Positions 50,601 through 59,129 of a stretch of DNA of 64,000 bases are shown here, piece by piece (within the stretch, counting starts at the first letter, position 1; each line of letters begins with the position of its first letter). The stretch covers positions 1-64,000 of the forward strand of contig JAZQOV010000006.1 in NCBI GenBank assembly GCA_045628045.1, read 5' to 3'. This stretch comes from Bacilli bacterium (GTDB lineage Bacteria; Bacillota_I; Bacilli_A; RFN20; CAG-826). Position numbers and translations under genes: made by a program. The notes below the pieces were generated by a model. It was given only the letters and a program-made list of their open reading frames with translations. It was not told the origin of the DNA and did not search any database.

Positions 50601-51728
50601 GCCGTTACCTGCAGCAATAGCAGATAAAATACCAGCGTCTGAAATCTTTTGAAGTGTTCTTTGGGAAATTGTGCCTTTTTCAAAGTCTGATAAATCAGAA
50701 CCAATTGAAACGTTGATCGCATCAACACCAATTGTGATACAGTCTTCAAGAGCTTTAATAAATGCAAGTTCACTGAATGATCCATATTCACCAAGGTTGC
50801 CAGCTTCGCTGACTGGGGTTTTATGGACGTCTGTGAAGACTTTCATTAAGACTAATTGTGCTTTTGGAGCGATACCTTTGTATGTTTCAGCATTTCCTGC
50901 TGCAATTGATGCAACGTGAGATCCGTGAAGATCAACTGTTGATTCAACATTGAAATCACTCGGAACATCAACTGTTACACGGTCATAAGTATCACCAGCG
51001 TAGTCATAATAGAATGGAACTTTATTGTTGAAATAGAATGATCCTTCCTTTCCAGCGCCATTAACCATTCCACCATTTTTAACTGCTTCCTTATAGGCAT
51101 TTGTTTTGGTGAGGTTATTCTTAACATTCAAGTAAGATAATCTTTCCTTTGTGCCTGATGGAAGAGGGCTAAATGTTTCGTGGTTGTAGGCAGGATAGGT
51201 AACTCCGTCTTCAACGTGTTCGCCTCTTAAATAGAATTCGTTGTCGAGGACTGCAATTAATGTACCTTCGCCTTCAGCAGTTCCGCTTGGCTTATTCATT
51301 GTTGTGGCAGAGACGTTTTCTTCTTCGCCTTGAATTTCACCTTCGCGTTTTTTAAGGTCTAATGAGATCATCTCACCACGAGTTTTCTTAACGATGTGTT
51401 GTCCGTTAACTGTAACGTACTTAACACCAGGAATTGCTTTGATGGCTTCAACATCTTCTTTGTTTGCAGAGACAACGACTGCGTTATTCAAAAGTGTAAG
51501 ATTGTCACTTTGGATAGCGTTTTTGTTAACACTGTGTTTAATTTTTTCAAATACAGCGTTTTGTTGTTTGATAGCTTTCTCAGTTGAGATAGTGTCAATA
51601 TCATCTTCAAGCTCAATGATGAGTTTTGCATCAATTGGTTTTGATTCAAATGATTTTTGCTTGAGAGAGTTAACACCGCTAACTGACATAGCTGCAATTA
51701 CACCGCAGAGTAATCCAACTTTTAGCAT
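47634..51728 (-). CDS. S8 subtilisin-family cell-envelope protease with I9 propeptide and PA domain
   Basis: Catalytic triad AVLD, HGSHVAS and GTSMAAP; GGAGG RBS before MLKV. Confidence 0.9.
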   Translation of the reverse strand: MLKVGLLCGVIAAMSVSGVNSLKQKSFESKPIDAKLIIELEDDIDTISTEKAIKQQNAVFEKIKHSVNKNAIQSDNLTLLNNAVVVSANKEDVEAIKAIPGVKYVTVNGQHIVKKTRGEMISLDLKKREGEIQGEEENVSATTMNKPSGTAEGEGTLIAVLDNEFYLRGEHVEDGVTYPAYNHETFSPLPSGTKERLSYLNVKNNLTKTNAYKEAVKNGGMVNGAGKEGSFYFNNKVPFYYDYAGDTYDRVTVDVPSDFNVESTVDLHGSHVASIAAGNAETYKGIAPKAQLVLMKVFTDVHKTPVSEAGNLGEYGSFSELAFIKALEDCITIGVDAINVSIGSDLSDFEKGTISQRTLQKISDAGILSAIAAGNGGKMSYAFTGGYANWTKDIVETGVMGSFANNASTMTVAAGQPTKTFYADSFDLDGAVVPYLDQIVNREGQAATYPDNEHRFLELINGGVIDPDEEGFEPTAEEQEIELDYVYVKGFGEEKDYKNLDVSGKIVVLNRGKINFSEKYETADNHGAKALVIINNDPTEQDFTFTCDFGDSAKSIGFPIALALFKDKPMFEAKPQGKLKIKRNTASENVLSRTISDFSTDGATYDLDLKPEITTPGSNIKGAVWPQNKQEKKTPYSAYEYLNGTSMAAPNFEGAMALVLSKTTSELNLSDKNASKVIAEARKTIDMKMMSTAIPMHDSNANDENNEVSLTSPRMQGAGLVNLEGAYNTDVYLEGMDIDGTRLNKAKILLRNSDDVSKGKISLSFIGHNESSTARTYNVKYNVMRPAVAYSNKVLTSDYGTPVEVDSVKSIPGFVFYSPEEEKIIEADGTANYKDVIKVSKDIEYFENESQYLAEDPQGVLKEGLYYCDNTSGKYVWKEVPSSEYQSIKDIEIASVDCGQVTLKANGETAVSLKSYELTKEQKDKIAELYKGGTYLEGYVSLESIDGYIDLSIPYMGFYSLSDRIDGASYSSAPVVEPFSFEKEENTIYGSDLINDIAKSLLGKDNADMGSLMVAGYAKNLQNVNMNGVITNDNNIKNFAGFHEVATVPDPYSSDLSDNPKENIYLGNPSKTNTLIVQQFVYRSVKDNYFTITNKANGIEVYRNALEDSLFGDTAGKYALYKSHVDADYLGAGYIAHRALALIPLYDIKTKEAFPSGEYELKFNYQLASTGAWVSKAYTLHIDSESPVIETIEQFSQNGKDMIRLTYKETKCAYAIVGSTMVDVKYDSQRKMYVSEFEKSIMEAAASSSAKTSFSDSRVFIKVVDYARGETTAICHFNGSYSDFEIAQGSEFTINDDFKFENNKVTYIRVDENGEEKEFTTMYDVTVTTGKEKSKASSMKKSLLVVIAEFFMNIFGNLFSWLKF

Positions 51729-51893
51729 ATCTTGTCCTCCTTTTTTATTTTTCTTTTGAAAAATCGTGTATATATTATACTCGTGTGTGTAGAAATGCAA
51801 TAATAATTTATTTTTTTCTTTGAAAAAAGGAAATTATTGCAATAAAAAAGGACTCAAATAATGAGTCCTTATATTTGTAATAACAAATATGTA

Positions 51894-53696
51894 TTAGTAA
51901 TTTACAACAACACCGTTTGGAATTTTAGTAATGCCGAAATTGTTGAATGTGACTGACATAATGTAGTCAACTTCTGCACCGGTTTCAGATTCATCTTCCC
52001 AAACAAATGAGAGTGATAATTCTGTTAATTTTCCATTTGCATCAACAGTTGCTTTTCCTTCAACGGTTAAATAACGATCTAGTGGAACGGTTCCACCATT
52101 TAAAATAAGATCAGCAGTGTGATAGAAGTTGTTGTATTGAGCAAGATATTCGAGATCATCTTCGATTTCTTCATCAATTGCTTCTGGTGTAGGAAGAGCT
52201 TCCATAAATAAGCTTTGGAATAATCCTTCTGCAGTTGCTGCACAGAAACTGAATGAGTAAACATTCTTTGCGAATGAATATGAGTTAACGAATGCTGATG
52301 CAAGAACTGAGTCTTCGCTTTCGCCAGTAGTCATAAATGCATAGTTAGCTTTTTCGCCACGTAATTCTTCATCAAAAATTGAACTTGCCTCTGATACTTT
52401 AAATGCGTCGTGATTTTCGCCTTCGTAAATGTAAACGCCATCTTTAGAAACTAAGCCATATGAATGTGCTGCGTCTTCATTTTCGACATAAGTTTGTGTT
52501 GGGGTAACATATGCTTTAATTGAACCAATTTTGTTAAGGTAATGATTAATCATTGAACCTAAACCTTCAGCACCTTCATAAACAAATGGATTGCTTCCTA
52601 ATGCTGTACGTTGTCCTCTTGAATTAACTGCGAACCAGTCTGCACTATAAGTGACTGTGAAATTGTGTTCACCTAAAGCAGCATCGATAATAGAAATAAG
52701 ATTACTAATATCTTTTCCAGAAGGTTTACTTTCTGCGAAATATTCTGCTAATTCTGGTGCAGCATAGCTTTCTTCGCTGAAATCGAAAATAACAAGATCA
52801 AATATACCTTCTTCGAATTCACCTGTTTCATCATTAATAAAATTAATGAATAGATAAGCATCCCAGACAGGATTTTTGTTCCCTGCATCATCGATCAAAT
52901 AGTCTGTTTCGAATTCGACTCTTGTTGGGTAGTAGTCATATTGTGCAAGTAAATCTAATGAATAACCAAAAACACCTTCGACAAATTTTTCTACTGATTC
53001 TTGGTCATCGCAAACAAGGGATTCATATGCAGGATATGTTTTTCCGCTTACAACTTCTTCTGGAACATAAACACATTTAATGTCTTCAGATTTAAACATG
53101 AATGGAAGTGAATATTCACTTAAATTTTCAGGTTCATAACCAGTGAGTTGATATTCGATTGGGTTTTCTTCATCTTCAGTTAATGCGAATTGGTAAACTT
53201 GTCCATCAATATCAACATAACCGACTCCTTCGAACCACTCAATAAAGAAATTCTCGGCATAGTTGTAATAAGTCTCTAAATATTGCCAGTTTTGATCAAG
53301 CATGTAGGCAGTATATTTATAGCCGATATCTTTTGTAGCTTCTGCAAAGTCTACATATTCTTGAGAAACAATGTTAACAGTGCCTTCTTTGGTTAAATCT
53401 CCAAAGTGAACTGTAAACTTAACTTCTCCAGAATGGGAAGCACTAATAGATTGTCTTGATGCATCTGTGTAACTTGCGAAATCTTCTTCAAATGTTACAT
53501 AGAAACTTTCCTTTCCGCCTTCGCATGTGACGAATTGTTTAAAATCAACTTTTTCTCCAACTACGAAATTAGGAATTTCTGCAATACTGATGCTTTTTTC
53601 AACAGCAGGTGTTTTTTCACCATTATTGCAACCAATTAGACAACCTGTTAGTAACACGCATGACAACAAAGTTGTTATACCTAATGATTTTTTCAT
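51894..53696 (-). CDS. Acidic hypothetical lipoprotein
   Basis: Lipobox-like LTGC/LIGC; 600 aa; AGGAG RBS. Confidence 0.75.
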   Translation of the reverse strand: MKKSLGITTLLSCVLLTGCLIGCNNGEKTPAVEKSISIAEIPNFVVGEKVDFKQFVTCEGGKESFYVTFEEDFASYTDASRQSISASHSGEVKFTVHFGDLTKEGTVNIVSQEYVDFAEATKDIGYKYTAYMLDQNWQYLETYYNYAENFFIEWFEGVGYVDIDGQVYQFALTEDEENPIEYQLTGYEPENLSEYSLPFMFKSEDIKCVYVPEEVVSGKTYPAYESLVCDDQESVEKFVEGVFGYSLDLLAQYDYYPTRVEFETDYLIDDAGNKNPVWDAYLFINFINDETGEFEEGIFDLVIFDFSEESYAAPELAEYFAESKPSGKDISNLISIIDAALGEHNFTVTYSADWFAVNSRGQRTALGSNPFVYEGAEGLGSMINHYLNKIGSIKAYVTPTQTYVENEDAAHSYGLVSKDGVYIYEGENHDAFKVSEASSIFDEELRGEKANYAFMTTGESEDSVLASAFVNSYSFAKNVYSFSFCAATAEGLFQSLFMEALPTPEAIDEEIEDDLEYLAQYNNFYHTADLILNGGTVPLDRYLTVEGKATVDANGKLTELSLSFVWEDESETGAEVDYIMSVTFNNFGITKIPNGVVVNY

Positions 53697-53789
53697 ACAT
53701 TTTCTCCTTTCGTGTATAAAAATAATTACGCATATTATACTTGCGTGTGCTCGTGTGTCAAGTTTTAATTTTAGTTAAAAAAACACCAA

Positions 53790-54176
53790 CTACAAGTTGG
53801 TGTAAATTGATAAAATTATTGTTGCAATCAGGAATAAGCAACCAACAATTGCAATTGCAATGTAATAACGAGATTTAGTTTCTCGTTTCGTGTTTACGTA
53901 ATTTTTATAGCCTGAATAATCATGATACTCGTTAGGTTTTCTACCAAACATTTGACTACCAAGTTGTTTGAAACCATAGGCAAAAATATCAAAGAATCCT
54001 TCCCTTGCAATAAAGATAAGTAAAGAACTGCTTATCAAGATTATGGCAGCATAACCTGTTCCATCAATTGCTGGACGTTTTAAAATAGGGAAAAATAAAC
54101 AAAAAATAAGTACACCAATAATAATACTTATTATTGATGCAATGATATAAGGTTTCCAGCTAAATCTCTTTTTCAT
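53790..54176 (-). CDS. DUF3899-like membrane protein
   Basis: 3 TMs and a GFFDIFAYGF motif. Confidence 0.65.
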   Translation of the reverse strand: MKKRFSWKPYIIASIISIIIGVLIFCLFFPILKRPAIDGTGYAAIILISSSLLIFIAREGFFDIFAYGFKQLGSQMFGRKPNEYHDYSGYKNYVNTKRETKSRYYIAIAIVGCLFLIATIILSIYTNL

Positions 54177-54394
54177 TTATGAATTCTTACCACTTTTTCT
54201 TCTTCAATATGAGTGAAAGTTGTAGGACATTGTCCTGCAATATCAATATCGTAAATTACTTTAGAGTTATCTTCAAGATAAATGTTTGAGATATGACCAA
54301 AATAAATGTCGTCTTTATAGAAAAAATCTACATAGTCATTTATGTGGAATTTCGAATTAATAACAATGTTTGGTTTTCGCTTTTTTAAAAACAT
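54173..54394 (-). CDS. Small hypothetical protein (possibly SH3-like)
   Basis: 73-aa ORF translationally coupled to its neighbours. Confidence 0.6.
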   Translation of the reverse strand: MFLKKRKPNIVINSKFHINDYVDFFYKDDIYFGHISNIYLEDNSKVIYDIDIAGQCPTTFTHIEEEKVVRIHK

Positions 54395-54395
54395 A

Positions 54396-55694
54396 TTAGA
54401 TAAATAATAACAAACTTGATAAACAAACTGCTAATGATGGAATTCCGACAATTAATCCATACTTCACAAAATCAACATAAGTAAAGTTAACATCATATTT
54501 CTTTAAAATAGAAAGCCACATAATGCCTGCGAGTGCACCAAAAGGTGACAAAAATGCACCAATATTAGATCCAACAATTGAAGAATAAATTGCACTTAGT
54601 TTTATTGAAACTGGAGCAAACTCACAAATGGATGAATACAAAACAGACATTGGAATATTGTTTATAAAATTTGCAAAGATTGCGGATGAAAATCCATAAA
54701 CAAATGTTGGACCACCATTTTCATAAAATTCTGCAAATGATTTAGTGATTCCAAACTTCTCTAATGTTAGAACCAAAGTGAACATTCCAATAACAAAAGG
54801 AATAATTTGATAAGGAGCTCTTAAAAATGTATTCCCAAGTTCGCGTGGTCTCTCTTTTTTAATTAAATAATAAAGCAGCGCAGACACAACTAATGCGCCA
54901 AGAGAAATGGCACTTATTAAATACATCGGAATTGAAAAATATCCGGAAATTACCAGGAAAATTGTACAAATTCCTAGGATAATTAGGCCAATCACTGTTA
55001 ATGGAATATTTTGTTTTTCAAGAGTAATTTCTTGTGGTTCGAGTTCTTTTTCTAGTTGTTTTTTAAACAAGAAGAATAGAATGAAAAATTCGACAATTCC
55101 TGTTAGTAAAGTTGGTATTGCCATCACCTGAAAATATTCAATAAATGAAATGTTGAAAGATGATGCTAAATAAATGTTTGTTGGGTTTCCGATAATGAAA
55201 ATCATGCTCCATGTGTTAGCTGCAATAAACTCACTAACTAGGTAAGGGACAGGATTAATTTTTGCGTTTTTACAGAAGAACAAAATGAATGGAGTTAATG
55301 TCAGAATAATGATGTCGTTTGATGTAAACATTGTTAATACCGAAATAAAAACATAGAGAATAATAAACAATGTTGTTTGTGAGCTTTTAACTCTTTTAAG
55401 CGTCCAATTAGCAAGATGCGAAAAGAAACCAACTTCGTCCAAAAATATCGATATACAAGACATTGATAAAAATAAAATCAATATCTGAATTGGATTAATT
55501 CCATCATCTTTAGTTAGTGCACTCCACCATTCTTTCAAAGAAAGAGATGTACATAAAAGAATTAACGCACCCAATAAGGAAATAATCCAAAAAAGATCAA
55601 TCTTATGTCCTTTAATATTTAAGGAAGGTTTTAAAACCGAAGTTATTACTATTGATAAACAAGTAAATAAAGAAATTATAATTGCAATAATCAT
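54396..55694 (-). CDS. ArsB/NhaD/SLC13-type ion transporter
   Basis: Motifs FTSND, IIGNPTN, INNIP and GSNIG...GALAGIMW. Confidence 0.85.
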   Translation of the reverse strand: MIIAIIISLFTCLSIVITSVLKPSLNIKGHKIDLFWIISLLGALILLCTSLSLKEWWSALTKDDGINPIQILILFLSMSCISIFLDEVGFFSHLANWTLKRVKSSQTTLFIILYVFISVLTMFTSNDIIILTLTPFILFFCKNAKINPVPYLVSEFIAANTWSMIFIIGNPTNIYLASSFNISFIEYFQVMAIPTLLTGIVEFFILFFLFKKQLEKELEPQEITLEKQNIPLTVIGLIILGICTIFLVISGYFSIPMYLISAISLGALVVSALLYYLIKKERPRELGNTFLRAPYQIIPFVIGMFTLVLTLEKFGITKSFAEFYENGGPTFVYGFSSAIFANFINNIPMSVLYSSICEFAPVSIKLSAIYSSIVGSNIGAFLSPFGALAGIMWLSILKKYDVNFTYVDFVKYGLIVGIPSLAVCLSSLLLFI

Positions 55695-55881
55695 AATTCT
55701 AATTATATAACAGTTGTCTTTAAAAGACAACTGAAATTTATTTCTTTTAAATATTTTGTTGCTAAAGGTGCTAAAAACTTGCGGTGCACAAACACATTTT
55801 AATACAATCCAAAACCTCCTGATATTACTTTATTAAGTTTATTGCCATTTGACCGACGTAATATTCAACACACCAAATAAC

Positions 55882-55905
55882 AAAAAGCAACCAATATTGG
55901 TTGCT
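55882..55905 (-). terminator. Intrinsic terminator at the left boundary of the cassette array
   Basis: Minus strand AGCAACCAATATTGGTTGCTTTTT. Confidence 0.7.
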
Positions 55906-55918
55906 AATTTTATATTGA

Positions 55919-55945
55919 TGGCAAAGGGCAGCAGAATTAATACAA
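55919..55945. repeat. Terminal half att site F
   Basis: TG(55919)-N16-TTAATACAA(55937); no TATCAA on the left side. Confidence 0.55.
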
Positions 55946-56141
55946 TTTTCCACCCCTAGTTATGATAATAAGACCAAATAATGTTATCTAATCTTGAAAC
56001 AGTGAGCCCAGATTGATATAGCAGAAATTAGTAATCTATAATATGAGTAAGGAAATATTTGAAAAGATATTGATAAATTAGAATTTGCGCCTACAATGAT
56101 AAAAAACATATAAATCTTAACGACAAGGAGGAACAACAGTT

Positions 56142-56531
56142 ATGGATAACAAAGAACTGGTAACTCGCTTTTTTGTGGAAGGATATATCAATCACAATTA
56201 CGACTTTATCATGGAATGTATGGCGGAGAACTACATAGACCACAGTCCTGCCGGAGCAAGAAGTAATGCTGATGCCGTGGGCATCTTGAAAATTGTGGAG
56301 GGACAATTCTTTGACCTGAAAATTGAGGTGCTTGACGTATTTGGTGAAGATGATATGGTTGCAACCAGAATTCTCTATCAGGGTATTCATGCCGGAACTT
56401 GTATGGGAATACCAGCTACCGGAAAGCATATTAGCTTTGAGGCATTGGAGAACTTTAGGGTTGTGGACGGCAAGATTGTTGAATCATGGGGCTACTGGCC
56501 AGATAAAGAAATTGAAGAAAAACTTCGATAA
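56142..56531 (+). CDS. SnoaL-like ester cyclase
   Basis: GIHAGTCMGIPATGKHISF...DGKIVESW; AGGAGG RBS. Confidence 0.88.
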   Translation: MDNKELVTRFFVEGYINHNYDFIMECMAENYIDHSPAGARSNADAVGILKIVEGQFFDLKIEVLDVFGEDDMVATRILYQGIHAGTCMGIPATGKHISFEALENFRVVDGKIVESWGYWPDKEIEEKLR

Positions 56532-56703
56532 ATTTCAGTTTGTAGAAATAAATAATTCAAACGATAACTGAAGTAGAGTTGCTTCAGTTTTTATTTTAAA
56601 ATAAAAGACAGATTTTAAATCTGTCACTACCTTAATTGGTTATTTGGTGCATCAGGCCCCAAATCTCTAAATTGAACCACCAAAAACGGCTTCAAATGCT
56701 TTA

Positions 56704-57228
56704 TTAATGAGTATCTACTTTAACTCTCCACACGTTTTTTACGATTTTCTTTTCTACACCTTGATATAAACCGATCCCTGTAAAGACATTTTCAAAGCCG
56801 CATTTTCTCATAACGGCAAGGGATGCGGTATTCTCCGCCAAACAGATACCGTATATTTCAGATATTCCTGCCCGTTTTGCAATCACCGGCAGAAACGCAT
56901 TTACCGATTCGGTTGCATATCCGTTTCCCGTATATTTCTTTGCAATGTGATAGCCAATTTCCCACTTGCTATTTTCAATCTGACACAACTGAACATAGCC
57001 GATATTGTCCTTTGTCTCTTTCACAATGATCGGATACACAAGCGGCCCGTCAAAAGAACCATACTGCGAAATAAGTAGCCTCAAAACTTCTTCTGCTTCT
57101 TCAACAGTTTCCCATACTTCATCCGGGACAAATCGCTTATTATCCTCATCCACTGAGTTTTCCTGAACGACCTGTGCCATATCCAAAGTGAATTCGGTGA
57201 TAATCAATCTTTCGGTTTCAATCAGCAT
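56704..57228 (-). CDS. GNAT acetyltransferase (RimJ/RimL family)
   Basis: Motifs IETERLII, EIGY, GNGYATE and ENTAS...KCGF. Confidence 0.88.
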   Translation of the reverse strand: MLIETERLIITEFTLDMAQVVQENSVDEDNKRFVPDEVWETVEEAEEVLRLLISQYGSFDGPLVYPIIVKETKDNIGYVQLCQIENSKWEIGYHIAKKYTGNGYATESVNAFLPVIAKRAGISEIYGICLAENTASLAVMRKCGFENVFTGIGLYQGVEKKIVKNVWRVKVDTH

Positions 57229-57302
57229 TTTTACTTTCCTTTTTGCTTTATGAACATACTAAACTCAACAAAAGTTCCTGTCAACAGCAGAATAGAGCCT
57301 AC

Positions 57303-57363
57303 CATCTAACGCTTTTAATGCTTTTTAGTTTTTTGATAATTTTTCAACTCTAATAATTTCCAT
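57303..57363 (-). pseudogene. Truncated copy of the 5' end of the ABC ATPase gene at 62489-63205
   Basis: Reads MEIIRVEKLSKN*KALKALD versus MEIIRVEKLSKNYKALKALD in the intact gene. Confidence 0.85.
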
Positions 57364-57496
57364 GCTCTAGCCTTCACGACACGAGCATACAAAAAACAAA
57401 TTTATTTGTCATAGAAATTAACTAAGTGGTCTTTTTTGCTAACTATTCGGTAGAAAAAAGCACTGATTTTTGCATCAATGCTGTTGTTTACTAATG
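57303..57496. repeat. ~190-bp direct repeat of 63145-63338
   Basis: Near-identical by eye with scattered substitutions; similarity ends at the central TG of sites B and E. Confidence 0.9.
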
Positions 57497-57520
57497 CCTC
57501 CGTTTACCCATTTTGATACA
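57471..57520. repeat. Putative att site B
   Basis: CATCAA(57473)-N16-TG(57495)-N16-TTGATA(57513). Confidence 0.75.
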
Positions 57521-57605
57521 CTGCATACCCTAGCCTAGTTTTTGCATACCCTAGGTGTTTTTTGCATACCCCTATTTCTGAACGATAAATAAAAATTTAT
57601 CAGTA

Positions 57606-58100
57606 TTACAACCTCTTTATCTCATTGGCAATCGCAGCCACAGCTTTTCCTTTAGTATCAATTTTAATAGTGTCCAATGCTTGATACATAGGTATTCTCG
57701 CTATGCTTCTCTCAATTACATCTTCAGAACGAATACCTTTTTCTACATCCGCGGACAATCTTTCACGCAGAGTATTTTCATCGGCTGTCAGAGAGATGCA
57801 TTTCACCTCACAGTTCTGTATATCCAACTTCTTAAGTATGGAATCGATAATTCTCTGCTCGTGCATCACCCAACAAAAAATAATATTCTCGTATGCATAA
57901 CATTTCAGAAAATTATTGAGTAAGTAACAAATATTATTCGTCACCATTGCTTTTGTTTCATCGGTTACTTGGAATGGATCGGCATCCCAACACCAATCTC
58001 CATCAAGAAATACACTATTCGGTAAATCCTGTTTGAGCTGTTGGCACACAGTTGTTTTTCCAACTCCCATAGTGCCACCAATCATATATAAAGTTTTCAT
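57606..58100 (-). CDS. AAA/P-loop nucleotide kinase-like protein
   Basis: Motifs GGTMGVGKTT and LDGDWCW. Confidence 0.85.
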   Translation of the reverse strand: MKTLYMIGGTMGVGKTTVCQQLKQDLPNSVFLDGDWCWDADPFQVTDETKAMVTNNICYLLNNFLKCYAYENIIFCWVMHEQRIIDSILKKLDIQNCEVKCISLTADENTLRERLSADVEKGIRSEDVIERSIARIPMYQALDTIKIDTKGKAVAAIANEIKRL

Positions 58101-58155
58101 ATCTGTTCCTCACAAATCCCGATTTATCGATATCCCGACAAATGCGAATTTCTCT

Positions 58156-58623
58156 TTATCTATGCTTTTCTAAGCGTAGAAGACCTTCTTCATCCGGTAC
58201 ACTAATTCCGTTTTTATATGTGTATCCCATTTTTATATAAAAGGGAGTTGCAGTGATCGAGGCAGGTATTTCAATTCTCTTCGCGCGAAGAAAATATTCG
58301 TCTTTTTCCAAAGTATCTATGATCTTTCTTCCGATTCCTTGCCCGTGATACTCTGGTAAAACAAAGATAGTGAATAAACTACTTTCGTCAACTTTACCCC
58401 AGTATGGTCCTATTGCACCGCAGCCCACAATTTTATCCTCATCGCATACTACATAAAAATGAGTCCATTTTGCGCGTTCCAAGATGTCTTTCGGCTGTAA
58501 TTTTTGAACATCATTTTCGATATATTCCCTCGAATAATCTTTGGTGTTGACTTCTCTGAGCGTCCTAACAATCAAAGCTGATACATTTACTGCATCTTCA
58601 GGCTCGATTCTTCTGATAATCAT
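58156..58623 (-). CDS. GNAT acetyltransferase
   Basis: Motifs FVLPEYHGQGIG and FYIKMGY. Confidence 0.88.
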   Translation of the reverse strand: MIIRRIEPEDAVNVSALIVRTLREVNTKDYSREYIENDVQKLQPKDILERAKWTHFYVVCDEDKIVGCGAIGPYWGKVDESSLFTIFVLPEYHGQGIGRKIIDTLEKDEYFLRAKRIEIPASITATPFYIKMGYTYKNGISVPDEEGLLRLEKHR

Positions 58624-58898
58624 TGCATCGCATCCTCATGAATCTCGATTTCTCTCCGTTTATTATACCGGCGATGCAGGGACATTTCTATTGATAAAAA
58701 CAGCTGGGACACCCCAACTTCCACAACTTACTCCTCGTGAGATGTGTCTTTCCAAAGGATACTTACGTATTTCTAAAGGCTACCTAGCTGAAGCAAGGAT
58801 TCTATCAAAAGAGCTGACTAATTATTCCTTATTTATTAGATTTATAAGAAAAAATGCCCATTTCTGAGCATTTTTGCGGTTTTTCGCATATTCCACTT

Positions 58899-58946
58899 TG
58901 TATCAAAGCATGTATACGATTATGTCTTGCTGCAACGAAGTTAATA
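58899..58946. repeat. Putative att site C
   Basis: TATCAA(58901)-N16-TG(58923)-N16-TTAATA(58941). Confidence 0.75.
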
Positions 58947-59129
58947 GTTTTTAACCAAGTGCAACGAAGTTAATGGATCGAACACAACGAAGTTAATATG
59001 TGTTTTCAATCAAATGGGCCACTTCAACAATGGTTCAAGTAGCAAGTATGAGACTATTGATGGATACGAAGTAGATAAATATAACTACCAAAATCACACA
59101 GTTAATAAGATAAAAACATTTAAAAAGAT

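Noticed and set aside
55973-56018. TTGATA at 56013 as an att arm
   Set aside because: There is no TATCAA 34 nt upstream.
56091-56429. 112-aa minus-strand ORF
   Set aside because: It is antisense to the SnoaL gene, which has a strong RBS and clear family motifs.
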